A DNA stretch of 63,787 bases, the filler included, from Octopus bimaculoides (lineage: Eukaryota), in assembly GCF_001194135.2 (NCBI RefSeq). It is 7 parts of 7 records of this genome, joined end to end, with 100 filler letters (N's around TTAATTAATTAA, not from the genome) between each part and the next. Parts side by side here need not be neighbours in the genome. Positions count along the whole stretch, not along the records: positions 10,294 to 16,372 come from NC_068993.1; positions 16,473 to 32,470 come from NC_068991.1; 5 more parts are not named here. One strand, 5' to 3'. The number at the start of each line of letters is the position of its first letter. Within the stretch, counting starts at the first letter, position 1. Both the position numbers and the translations under genes were made by a program. Shown here in pieces: positions 12,949 through 24,950 of the stretch. The notes beneath the pieces are model-generated. The model was not told where the DNA came from and searched no databases. It worked only from the letters and a program-made list of their open reading frames with translations.

Positions 12949-13725
12949 ATAGATATATGTTCTGAGTGCATAAAATCATACTCTTACAAAGATAAAGACA
13001 CATGGGTATACGCACCACAATGGCTATTTTTTTCTTTCTCTGCAATGACAAAAGGCTTTTTAAAGTGGAAACAAATTAACAAATTTCCATATTAATAGTT
13101 TAATGGTATATTTTTCTAAATGTCCACTACTCTACACATGCACACATGCATTTACGCACACGTATATATAATACCCACAAGCATATATATATATATATAT
13201 ACACACATGTATGTGTATGGTGTATATAAATACTCATATATATATAAATATATATGCATATACATGTATGTGTGTATAGGTGTGTTTACACACACAAGCA
13301 CACGTCTATACTATACACACACATACAAACACACACACACACATGTATATGTTGGTGTTACGTTTTTTAGATTTAGAGACAAGAAGAAATATTTTAAACT
13401 TACTAACTAATTTAATAATTTGCTATTACTATGTGATAAATGATATGAAGATATTCAACATAAAATATACCATGGATAGCTGTGTTTTTAAACTAATAAA
13501 TTACATTCTTTGACATTTTTTGATACATATTAAGACTTGTGCTTATTCATAATTTTTTTGTGTGTATGTGCTAAAATATAACTGCAAGCAGACGTATGTG
13601 AACATACACAGCCTGGAAAATGCATGTACACACATATATGTATTTGAGTGTGTGCCTCTGTACTTATATGCATATATACATACATTCATACATACAGTAA
13701 GTATGTAAGTATACATATATGTATG

Positions 13726-13759
<34 letters not shown>

Positions 13760-13761
13760 TG

Positions 13762-13820
<59 letters not shown>

Positions 13821-14315
13821 NNNNNNNNNNNNNNNNNNNNNNNNNNNNNNNNNNNNNNNNNNNNNNNNNNNNNNNNNNNNNNNNNNNNNNNNNNNNNNNN
13901 NNNNNNNNNNNNNNNNNNNNNNNNNNNNNNNNNNNNNNNNNNNNNNNNNNNNNNNNNNNNNNNNNNNNNNNNNNNNNNNNNNNNNNNNNNNNNNNNNNNN
14001 NNNNNNNNNNNNNNNNNNNNNNNNNNNNNNNNNNNNNNNNNNNNNNNNNNNNNNNNNNNNNNNNNNNNNNNNNNNNNNNNNNNNNNNNNNNNNNNNNNNN
14101 NNNNNNNNNNNNNNNNNNNNNNNNNNNNNNNNNNNNNNNNNNNNNNNNNNNNNNNNNNNNNNNNNNNNNNNNNNNNNNNNNNNNNNNNNNNNNNNNNNNN
14201 NNNNNNNNNNNNNNNNNNNNNAAAAGATAGAGCTCAAAATCAATGCAAAATGTGTATATTGTGATGTGTGTGTGTGTTGTGGGTGTGTGGGTGTGTGTGT
14301 TTGCAAATATATATA

Positions 14316-14354
<39 letters not shown>

Positions 14355-15179
14355 ATATATCATTTAAATATACACACACATACACATGTATGCATGCACA
14401 CACGTACATACACACATATTTATATGCATAGACATACCTTAGCACAAGGAGTGTATATTTTAGTTTTGTTTTAAACCTGACTTCTCTTTAGTTGCTATTC
14501 TTTTCTTTGTAGTTGTGTTGGTTTTATTGTCATCACTTGAGATTTTGTTGTCATCATTTTAGTTTTGTTTTATAGATAGAGTGATGGTGGGAAGTAGGAG
14601 GATTTTAGTTTTTCAAAAATTAAACAAGTAAGATTTTCACTATTTTTGAATATCATAAAATAAATTTCCAAAAATTTATTTTATTCCTAAGAAAAGGATG
14701 TTGTGTCAATCACGGCTATTTTGGTTACTCCTCTTCAATTTGTTGCACTATTTTAGAATATTTAATTATAATATATTGCTGCTAGATTGTGAAGACATAG
14801 TTGTACAGTTAAAGAGTTTGTTTTGCAGCTCTGGTGCTTCAGGTTCAATGCCAATGCAAGCAACATTGGACAAAGTGTTTATGCTATAGTCTCAGCCTGA
14901 CCAGTGCTATCTAAAAACTGGAAGCACACCCTGAACAATCCAATCCAAGATACATTACCCCTTAAAAAATAGGCTGAATGGCTATAACTGGAATACTTTT
15001 TAATTTAGGTTTGCTTGATCTGGACTGAACAAAGGTTAAACAATAATAATAACATTCATCTCATGATCACTTATTAAAATCAGAATAAACACACACAATA
15101 TATGTATTATTTTTCTTGAGTTCAAGGACTTAATTTAAGAACTAATTAGGCCAGTTTTCCATATAAGTGACAGAGATCA

Positions 15180-15410
15180 CAAAATTCTTCATGAATGGGA
15201 TGCCAATCCATTATAGGGTTCAGTGTAAGTCAATTTTGAGAGGAAGGAATAAATCAAATACAATGAGCTCAGCACTTGACTAATTCTTAATTTATTGATC
15301 GTGAAAGGCTGAAAGGTAAAGTTGACCTCACTGGCATTTGACAAAACATGTAGAGCTGGCAGAAATGTTGCTAACCATTTTGTCTCACTTCTAATGATTC
15401 TGCCAGTTGA
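15180..15410 (-). mobile_element. Diverged SINE family B
   Basis: AATTTATTGATCGTGAAAGGCTGAAAGGTAAAGTTGACCTC, and a head remnant CTAATGATTCTGCCAG. Confidence 0.6.
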
Positions 15411-15431
15411 GCTGTGTATGTGTGTGTGTAG

Positions 15432-15610
15432 TGCAGGCATGTGGCTTAGTGGTTAGAGTGTTGCACTCATGATTGTACAATAGTGGTTTCATGTTTCTCC
15501 AGTCCACTAAGCTGGAAAAAGTTAGTAATATTGCAACAGACCAGTGTCCTGTCCAGGGGATGGGGAGTATATATGCCAGAAAATCTGAGAAACTGGCCCT
15601 GAGAGTTTAT
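15432..15610 (+). mobile_element. SINE family D: tRNA-like head plus CORE-like and V-like segments
   Basis: A-box-like TGGCTTAGTGG, then CTCCAGTCCACTAAGCTG and GACCAGTGTCCTGTCCAGGGG. Domain names are from memory and unverified. Confidence 0.55.
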
Positions 15611-15789
15611 ATAATTTGGAAAGGAGCTTTATCCTTTATTCTATGTATGTATGTATGTATGTATGTATGTATGTATGTATGTATGCATGCATGCATGCAT
15701 GTATATATGTATATATGTATACAAGTGTGTGTGTGTATTTGTATGTACATATGTATGAATGCATGCTTGTATGTATGCGAGTGTGTGTA

Positions 15790-16012
15790 TGCATGTGGTC
15801 TGCTTGATGTATGCAGACCAGGGCTGGTAAGTTGGAAGGCTACACCCGGCTCCAGTCTGATTTGGCATGGTTTCTATGGCTTGATGCCCTTTGCGTGACA
15901 CCAGTATCTGCCACGATTGTGGTTTTACTTGGCTTGATGGGTCTTCTTCTCAAGCACAATATAATGCCAAAGGTCTCAGTCCTTTGTCATTGCCTCCTCT
16001 GTGAGGTGCAAC
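15790..16012 (-). mobile_element. SINE family E fragment
   Basis: GGCTCCAGTCTGATTTGGCATGGTTTCTATGGCTTGATGCCC is the reverse complement of the 59.93-kb domain. Confidence 0.65.
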
Positions 16013-16179
16013 ATATATATATATAAACATAATTAAGGGATCAGCAACAGTTGCTTCACCACATACCGAAGTTCAGAAATAGCAGCCAAAGTGCTGAAAC
16101 TCAGACAGATAGCAATACTTGTAACTCACAAAGGCAAAACAAGAAGAAAAAATAACGAAACTAACCAGTCTTAGTTAAT

Positions 16180-16235
16180 CATAGATGCATTTCTGGCTTA
16201 GAAAAGTAAAAACTTTTCATTTCCTCATCAGTATA
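16180..16235 (-). ncRNA. Minimal type-I hammerhead-ribozyme-like motif (Penelope-like terminus)
   Basis: TATA-CTGATGA-GG..GAAAAGT-TTTT-ACTTTTC..CC(A)-GAAA-TGCA-TC^TATG. Stem III is the palindrome ATGCAT; the motif abuts (TA)n. Confidence 0.6.
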
Positions 16236-16416
16236 TATATATATATACAATAGTTTTTGGTAAGCAGTGTCGAGTTTTACAATTCTGTAAATGATAATAA
16301 TATATAATATTTTATAAGCTTAAAGGTTTAAGTTTATATAATATATATATATATGTATATGTATATTTATATNNNNNNNNNNNNNNNNNNNNNNNNNNNN
16401 NNNNNNNNNNNNNNNN

Positions 16417-16428
16417 TTAATTAATTAA
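16417..16428. other. Artificial assembly spacer TTAATTAATTAA
   Basis: 44 N on each side. Confidence 0.95.
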
Positions 16429-16472
16429 NNNNNNNNNNNNNNNNNNNNNNNNNNNNNNNNNNNNNNNNNNNN

Positions 16473-16935
16473 GTGGTGGGCGGGCAAGTCAATAAATATC
16501 GACCCCAATATTTCACAGGTACTTTAATTTATTGAACCCGAAAAGATGAAAGGCAAAGTCGATCTCAGCAGCATTTGAACTCAACACGTAAGGATTCGGA
16601 AGAAGTGCCGCAAATTACTTTGACCGGTTTGTTAACGATTCTGCCTGCTTGCCTTAATGATTTAATAATAATTATAACAACAATAGCTACAACAACAACA
16701 ACAACAACAATAATAATGATGATGATGATAATAATAATAATCCTTTCGACTGGACGCACAAGGCCTCAAATTTGGGGGAAGGGATTAAGTCGATTACATG
16801 TACCCCAGTTCGTAACTGGTACTTAATTTATCGACTCCGAAAGGGTGAACAGCAAAGTCGACCTCGGTGGAATTTGAACTCAGAACGTAGCGGCAGACGA
16901 ATTACCGATAAGCATTTCGGCCCGAGCGAAATGCT
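16473..16935 (-). mobile_element. Two SINE family B copies separated by (AAT/AAC/GAT)n
   Basis: Two ...GAAAGGCAAAGTCGACCTC...ATTTGAACTCA... units, at 16473-16650 and 16735-16935. Confidence 0.8.
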
Positions 16936-16970
<35 letters not shown>

Positions 16971-16982
16971 TGTTGTTGTTGT

Positions 16983-17021
<39 letters not shown>

Positions 17022-17116
17022 ATACATACATATATACATATATATATCTATATTGTTGTTGTTAGGATGCCCATATTAACACTCGGAGGATTCGGTCAGG
17101 ATGATATTTAAATATA

Positions 17117-17544
17117 TCTCTTCTACTCTTCTACTTGTTTCAGTCATTTAACTGGGGACATGCTGGAGCACCACTCTGAAGTGTTTTAGTAGAATGAATC
17201 GATCCCAGGATTTATTTTTAAAGCCTAGTACTTATTTTATTGGGCATTTTGCCGAACCGCTACGTCACGGTGACATAAACACACCAACACCAGTTGTCAA
17301 TGGGTGATGGGGGACAAAAACAGTCACAAAGACACACACATAGGTACACAGGCGCGCACACACTTATATATGTATATTTGTGACGGGCTTCTTTCAGTTT
17401 CCGTCTACCAAATCCACTCACAAGGCTTTGGTAGGCCCGAGGTTATAGCAGAAAACACTTGCTCAAGCTATCAAGTAGTGAGACTGACCCCGGAACCATG
17501 TGGTTGAGAAGGAAGCTTCTTACTACACAGCCATGCCTGCGCCT
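17117..17544 (-). mobile_element. Near full-length SINE family A with internal CA/TA tract
   Basis: Tail TACTTGTTTCAGTCATT, central domain, internal microsatellite and head are all present. Confidence 0.85.
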
Positions 17545-18244
17545 ATATATAAAGATTGCGCATAACTTGGAAACTAGTGAAAATAACAACTAGGCAAATT
17601 TCTATCTAGAATGTCAACCAGTTATCGACTTATAAGGTACATGGAAATATATTCAGCTGCCAACTGAAAAATACCTGAATAGCCCAATGAAGCATAAAGA
17701 GTAAGACTATGTGTAGACTAGTGAAATAGGCCTCAGCAAATACAGACATATCGACTGATTGACTTCGTTAAACAAAGCTGTAATAGTAAGCAATATCTCT
17801 AGCAAGGGTTAAGTAGCTTTATTTAAAAACCGAAACATACTTTCGGAATAGAATAGATGTTACAAATGTACATACGAGAGTAGAGTTCAGTTGGTGGATT
17901 ACAGAAAACGATAACACAAGACTGCAAGTAAAGGAAAATGTTTCTGAAAATGGCGACGGTTGTTTGAGCAAAGACTGTAGACAGTGTTTTTCCAGTTGAG
18001 GATTAAGGAAATAAGTGTCATGCGTGAAGCAGAGACCAATGAGAAGCAAGTACATCAAATATGTCGCGAGTAAATATTAAAAAAAATATATTACAAACCA
18101 AAACAAAGGAGGGAATTGTAAAAGCAAGATGGATTTATACCAGAAAAATATTCAAACCATACTTTCTCTCTCTATCCCACCTTTCTCTTTGCTTTATTCT
18201 CTTTCTCTGTCTGTCTATCTGTCTGTCTCTGTCTCTGTCTCTCT

Positions 18245-18645
18245 CTCGCAGACTTGCCCATATATTTCCTGTTTGGCGCTAATACCTTTAGCCAACATCC
18301 TGCATTATTCAACCATTTCCTGTAAATTGATGACATCCAATTGTATGCTGTGGATGAGAAACAACTGGAGACAATGCTACATGCTGTCCATCGGTTCAAT
18401 TGGGAAGTTGTCATCGAGTTCGGTTTGATTGAAACTGGTCAAAACAAGTTAGAAGAGAGGAAAATTAAGATGAAACACTAATATCGTGTTAGATAAAGAC
18501 ACTGAAGGTAGAGAAATTAGACCAATCACAGACTCCCAATTATTGCGGAATTTAACGTACTTGAGAGAGTACAACACACACAAGGACGAAGGAAGGGTCA
18601 GAAAAAATATGTTTTAGATGATTTAGATTATTATTAAGAAGTGAA
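18245..18645 (+). mobile_element. Decayed R4/Dong-like RT fragment
   Basis: Conceptual translation NHFL*IDDIQLYAVDEKQLETMLHAVHRF...IEFGL...KLDQSQ...LLLRSEVN, with frameshifts. Confidence 0.7.
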
Positions 18646-18647
18646 GT

Positions 18648-19030
18648 AAATATTGTTGTTGTTGTTGGCACTCCGTCGCTTACGACGTCGAGAGTTCCAG
18701 TTGATCCGATCAACGGAACAGCCTGCTCGTGAAATTAACGTGCAAGTGGCTGAGCACTCCACAGACACGTGTACCCTTAACGTAGTTCTTGGGGATATTC
18801 AGCGTGACACAGTGTGACAAGGCTGACCCTTTGAATTACAGGCACAACAGAAACAGGAAGTAAGAGTGAGAGAAAGTTGTGGTGAAAGAACGCAGCAGGG
18901 TCTGCCACCATCTCCTGCCGGAGCCTCGTGGAGCTTTAGGTGTTTTCGCTCAATAAACACTCACAACGTCCGGTCTGGGAAACGAAACCGCGATCCTATG
19001 ACCGCGAGTCCGCTGCCATTGCGCCTCCAC
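18648..19030 (-). mobile_element. tRNA-derived SINE family C with (CAA)n tail
   Basis: Near-identical to 30847-31153. The head has a small deletion in the A-box region. Confidence 0.85.
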
Positions 19031-19309
19031 GAAGTAAATATAAACAGTAAGGGAATAGAAATTAACACTTTGTATCTATTTCAGTAATGAATTATTGCTT
19101 AAATGTTCTCAACCGGATGCTAAATGAATTAACATGACTAGATACGAAAATAAGGCAAATTATAATTGAGTTTTCTTTACTTCGCCCAAAATAACTAACA
19201 TTGCAAGATTATATTTATCTCGAACATAGCAATGAATGAGTTTTCTGTAACCGGAGAACATTGTAAGAATTTCCTGTAAGACGACTCTAAAAGGCGACTG
19301 ATTGGAACA

Positions 19310-19555
19310 GCAAGTAGAGTGGTAGATATGTTAAATACTGGTTTGAAATTTTGACACGAGGCTAGCAGTTTCAGAGGAGAGGATAAGTCGATTACATCAA
19401 CCCCAGTATTCAACTGGTAACTTATTTTATTGACCCCGAAAGGATGAAAGGTATGGTCAAATTCGGCGACATTTGAATATAAGATGTAAAGGCAGACGAA
19501 ATGCCACACAGCATTTTGTCCGCCGCGCTAATGATTCCGCCAGCCCACCCTCTTG
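19310..19555 (-). mobile_element. SINE family B
   Basis: TATTGACCCCGAAAGGATGAAAGG...ATTTGAATA...CTAATGATTCCGCCAGC. Confidence 0.8.
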
Positions 19556-19718
19556 GATATATTAAATATTATTTTGCAACCTTTGATATGAAGCTCTGTG
19601 TTCTACGTGGTTGTCATTCTTTCTGGTTCGATGAATAAAAGAAAAGTTGCGTAAGATGCCACGTGATAGCTCTCCGGTTCTTCGCATTGTCACCGAAATG
19701 TCTGCAACGATATGCCAA

Positions 19719-19836
19719 ATGGTTTTGGCCCAGAATAATAGCCTATCCCCTGGATTAAACTAGGACTTATTCTTTGTAAGCCTAGTACTTATTCTGTCGG
19801 TCTCTTTTGCCGGACCGCTAAAATATATATATATGC

Positions 19837-19868
<32 letters not shown>

Positions 19869-20101
19869 GTATATATCTGTGTGTCTGTTTGTCCCCCAAC
19901 ATCGCTTCACAACCGATGCTGGTGTGTTTACGTCCCCGTATCTTAGCGGTCCGGCAAAAGAGACCGACAGAATAAGTACTAGGCTTACAAAGAATAAGTC
20001 CTAGTATTTTTTAAGACTGGCTGTTGTCTATGTTTGCAAGCCTTCTCTCTCAATGTCACCGATGTTTAATCCAGGGGATAGGCTATTATTCGGGGCCAAA
20101 A

Positions 20102-20105
<4 letters not shown>
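19719..20105. repeat. Compound fold-back inverted repeat
   Basis: 19759-19821 is the exact reverse complement of 19943-20005 (63 bp). 19719-19760 matches 20064-20105 in reverse complement (42 bp, 1 mismatch). Confidence 0.9.
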
Positions 20106-20139
<34 letters not shown>

Positions 20140-20146
20140 GACGGGC

Positions 20147-21134
20147 TTAATGCGGTATATGGGGATCAAACAATAAGCATAAGCCAGTGTCAGCGGTGGT
20201 TCCAGAAATTCCGAGCCAGAACCTACAACCTAGAAAACAAGCCTCGTCCTGGAAGATCTATAGAGTTCGACGAGAACGTCCGGCAATCCCTAATGGAACG
20301 AAATCCCATTGTAACTGTTGAGGAACTAGCAGAGAAGCTTGAATTTGGTCATTCAACCATTCATCAACACATGCGTGCCATCGGAAGAGTCAAGAAATTG
20401 GGTCAGTGAGTTCCTCACCAAATTTCCGAGTCTAATCGTGCGCAGAGAGTGAATGTGTGCTCTTCTTTGCTGTCACATCTCATGGCTGAACCTTTTCTGG
20501 ACTGAATAGTGAATGGTGACGAGAAATGGTCAGGCGCTGCAGACAGCGGGTAGGAAAAGGGGAAAGACCAGCATCCCAGGCTAAAGAAGGTCTTCACCCA
20601 CGTAAAGTGTTGTTGTCTGTTAGGTGGGATATGAAAGGTTTAGCTCACTTTGAACTTTTAAACCCAAACCAAACGATAAACAAAGGGGATCCACTGCGAG
20701 CAGCTTGAGCGGTTTAAGTCGGCGCTAGAAGAAAACGACCATCTTTGGTTTCAAGGTGTTCTTCCATTAGAATAATGTTCGGCCACATACAGCGAGGACG
20801 ATATTCCAATGGTTGGAGCAGTTTAAATGGAAAACGATGCTCCACCCAAAATATTTGCCGGACATTGCTCCATTTGATTATAATCTATTCTGCAGTCTTC
20901 AAAATCATTTGTACGGAAAAAATATGAATTCTGTAGACGAGGTCAGAACAGTTTTGGAGGAGTATTTTCCATCACGAACAAGAGGATTTTGAAAGAGAGG
21001 CCTTGCAAGTCTACCAGATAGATGGAAGAGCATTGTAGAAAATGAAGGAGAGAATATTTTAGATTGAAAAAGAACTTTGTTTATCTTAATTTTGAAAAAT
21101 AAAAGTATAAAAAAACCCGCATTATTTATGGGAT
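20147..21134 (+). mobile_element. 5'-truncated mariner transposase pseudogene, same family as 62141-63414
   Basis: NAVYGDQTISISQCQRWFQKFR..., (W)VPHQ, GDEKW, PDIAPFDY. Partial right TIR AAACCCGCATTATTTATGGGAT. Confidence 0.9.
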
Positions 21135-21398
21135 AGAGAGGGAGAGAAACAGAAAGAGTGATGGTGACTATGTGTGTGTTTGTGTCGACACATATTAAGG
21201 AGATAAATATGCATTAACGAACACAAAGATCGACAGACGACGGGGAGAACAGAAATCGGAAGAAATTATTCGAGAACGAGAGAAAGAGACAGAGAGACGG
21301 ACAGACAGACCAACAGACAAACAGACAAACAAGCAGACAGAGACAGAGAGAGAGAATCAGAGTTATAGTGATTATTGAGTAGTCAAAGTAGTGGATAG

Positions 21399-21436
<38 letters not shown>

Positions 21437-22370
21437 GAGGGAAAAGCTGGAAGAAAGAGGAGGGAGAAAGAGGAGGGGAGAGAGAAATAGGGGGCAGATA
21501 GAGTGAGACTATATTATATACCATATGAACCATTGAGCAATAAACCACCGCCAATAATAGACCAATAATACACCGATAAAACAACTATTAAAATGGCGGG
21601 ATCGTGCATTTGAATAATAGTTAGTGAATGACTGTGAGTGTGTGTATGCGTGTGTGTGTGTGTATGCATATANNNNNNNNNNNNNNNNNNNNNNNNNNNN
21701 NNNNNNNNNNNNNNNNNNNNNNNNNNNNNNNNNNNNNNNNNNNNNNNNNNNNNNNNNNNNNNNNNNNNNNNNNNNNNNNNNNNNNNNNNNNNNNNNNNNN
21801 NNNNNNNNNNNNNNNNNNNNNNNNNNNNNNNNNNNNNNNNNNNNNNNNNNNNNNNNNNNNNNNNNNNNNNNNNNNNNNNNNNNNNNNNNNNNNNNNNNNN
21901 NNNNNNNNNNNNNNNNNNNNNNNNNNNNNNNNNNNNNNNNNNNNNNNNNNNNNNNNNNNNNNNNNNNNNNNNNNNNNNNNNNNNNNNNNNNNNNNNNNNN
22001 NNNNNNNNNNNNNNNNNNNNNNNNNNNNNNNNNNNNNNNNNNNNNNNNNNNNNNNNNNNNNNNNNNNNNNNNNNNNNNNNNNNNNNNNNNNNNNNNNNNN
22101 NNNNNNNNNNNNNNNNNNNNNNNNNNNNNNNNNNNNNNNNNNNNNNNNNNNNNNNNNNNNNNNNNNNNNNNNNNNNNNNNNNNNNNNNNNNNNNNNNNNN
22201 NNNNNNNNNNNNNNNNNNNNNNNNNNNNNNNNNNNNNNNNNNNNNNNNNNNNNNNNNNNNNNNNNNNNNNNNNNNNNNNNNNNNNNNNNNNNNNNNNNNN
22301 NNNNNNNNNNNNNNNNNNNNNNNNNNNNNNNNNNNNNNNNNNNNNNNNNNNNNNNNNNNNNNNNNNNNNN

Positions 22371-22830
22371 GAGGGAATGGGAGGAAGAAGAAGAAGAAGA
22401 GAGGAGGAGGAGGAACAGAAGAAGGAAACGGAGATGAAGAATAGGAAGCCATCACCACCACCACCAATATCACCACTAACACCCTCTACAACAACATCAA
22501 CAACGATGACACCAACATCACGAAAGCTCCAACCAAACACGTCCAACTGCAATACGAACACCACATCCAAAATCAACCCCTACTAACACCACCATCAAAC
22601 TACCAACGCCACTACCGTTACCACCATTACACCTGCATCATCTCCACCGCCAACCCTAACAACAACAACTACACAATAAACACCACCAAGAACGCCAACT
22701 CCAGCTACACCAACACCAACAATGCCAACTGCCACCATCAACAACAACAACAGCAGAAGCACAAGCAAAATCTCCACCAACACCAACAAAAATGCCACCA
22801 CCAACACCGATTCCAACAGCTCCATTCAAA
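22371..22830. repeat. Degenerate GAA/GAG and CCA/CAA/ACC low-complexity tract
   Basis: Cryptic trinucleotide repeats with stops in the T/P-rich frames. Confidence 0.8.
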
Positions 22831-22844
22831 TTTGAGTCATTTGA

Positions 22845-24950
22845 AACCCTTCGATTGCTTCGACCATCGTAATTTGCAATCCGTCCTGAAAGCCGCCGGG
22901 TTTGAACATGTTTTTAAAGGTTTGCACAGTTGTCAAAGTAAAGAGCATTTCTCTGAGCTGTTTCTTATTACACACGCGGTCCTATAAGGCTATCACTCTT
23001 CTCTACATGCTGGTCTTTGAGCCACTAATGTGGAAGCTGGAGCGTTTGATGAGCGTTTGATGGGCAGGCTAGGCTATCGCATGTCGACGGCGTCGCCGTC
23101 ATTGTGTCGGAAGCGATCGAAGTGGAGCAATTGGCACTATTCAGAAGAAATACAAGATGGTGGCAGGGGCCCAACCAAGTCTTGCCGCTCGGCGTCTGGA
23201 GAGGCATGTAAATACTGGATGACATCGTTATAAGATGCTGGACTGAGGGACCAGTTATGCAGCTCGCAGCATGGTTCATTCTCAACCTCTTGATGAACCG
23301 GAATTGAGATATAGCGAAGAGCAGGGGCTGCAAAGGTAGCCAGAAATTTAAGGTGATGAGCTGGCAGAAACGTTAGCACGCCGGGCGAAATGCTTAGCGG
23401 TATTTCATCTGTCACTACGTTCTGAGTTCAAATTCCGCCGGGGTCGACTTTGCCTTTTGAGATCGATTAAATAAGTACCAGTTACGCACTGGGGTCGATA
23501 TAATCGACTTAATCCGTTTGTCTATCCTTGTTTGTCTCCTCTATGTTTAGCCCCTTGTGGGCAGTAAAGAAATAAGAAATGAGCTGAAATACCAAACAGC
23601 AGTGACGAATGCTACATCACATCTGTTGTCTACTGCCTGATAATTGTGCCCAGCCCCATTTACCCCCGACTGAAGAGGAGCGTCTGCTATTCAAATTCAT
23701 GTGTATAGGACGCTTCCAATGGTCAGGCGAACATGACCTTCTTCTCGCACCATTGCACAATAGATTTATCATATCGCGTCTGTTGATGTTCAGACATATG
23801 TCAAGGCTGTGGCTTAGCATAGATCCGTAAATGTTAAGCAGATATGGTCATCGGTCGTTAGAAACGTCTTTCTGAATCTTGTCCCTTTGACATAACTGCA
23901 GATCTGTCCCTTTGACATAACTGCGGATCTGGAAGATGCAAAAACCGAGACTATATTCCTGGCACGTAAAATGTTGGCGAGCGCACACCGCCCTCCTCCA
24001 GTCGGGCAACCGAACTGGTACATGTTCCACTCTAGTAATTATAGACGGTTAGTGAGAGGAATTAGATGACGTCTTTGGGTAGGTTCTGGAAGACAGTGAA
24101 AACGAACTGACTAAACTGTTTTGAGGAACATTTAGTTCGTAGACTGTTTTGGACAAATCCTGGAAATCGTTCTTCTAGCAGTGCTGCTGAGAGGCTCTAC
24201 TGATTTGAGATAAGTGCCGCCAGACGGCCCTGTTTGAGAGAGACAAAGCGGCGAAACCGGTCTGCACGCACTCGTTCAGCGGCTGGGCAACGCTAAATCG
24301 TAGAGTTATGTCGAGCAGCCGCTGTCAGCCGTGTCCATTTTGATAAATGCTTTACCATCATCCTTTATTCGATCAGGGAAAACAGTTTTCCTCTGTCTAG
24401 TGGCTATAGGAAAAGAGGTGTTTCGTACAAGCGTCTGAGGTTGTGATTCGTTGAAGCGTCTGAGGAAAAAGACTTTCGTCTGTTAGAGAGAGCTCTCATC
24501 AACTTTTTCAAGTCTCACTTGAAAGAGAGAAACAGGAGATGGAGATGTTCGAGTGAATCTATTGAAAGATGGGTGAGAGTTGAGAAGATGGAAAGAGGAT
24601 ATGGCACGTCACTAGACATAAGTAAATCTGTAGGCCGAAGATCGATAGTTAGGGAGGGCACTTAATCTTGATATTCAGGGTGATGTTCAAAGGTGAGGTT
24701 CCTTGATGGAACTGCTATTACTACTATTACTACTACTAGTATAAATCCGGCCATTTCTGCAGCAACCAAAGCGGATCTCTGATTCTTGATGTTGGCAGGT
24801 TTCTCATGCACTATTACGAAGGCGCGCGTGAGGCATTCTCGCTTCTCTTCTCTCTCCCCTAATAATCCAAAACAAGGCATCCCACTACAAACCTGTGTTT
24901 TTACATCAGCCACTTTTAAATCATGTCCGTCCACACTAGAACGTTACAAC
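22845..24950 (+). mobile_element. Decayed Tx1/L1-like ORF2 3' half (RT, zinc-knuckle remnant, 3' UTR)
   Basis: LKPFDCFDHRNLQSVLKAAGF, LLYMLVFEPLMWKL, WTEGPVMQLAAWF, QSGETGLHALVQ, LINFFK. Interrupted by a SINE at 23336-23580. Confidence 0.75.
23336..23580 (+). mobile_element. SINE family B, tail variant 2, inserted in the Tx1 relic
   Basis: GAGCTGGCAGAAACGTTAGCACGCCGGGCGAAATGCTTAGCGG...GAGTTCAAATTCCGCC...TAGCCCCTTGTGGGCAGTAAAGAAATAA. Confidence 0.85.

Noticed and set aside
22371-22830. Mucin-like T/P-rich translation
   Set aside because: Interrupted by stops, no splice signals, and explained by decayed trinucleotide repeats.
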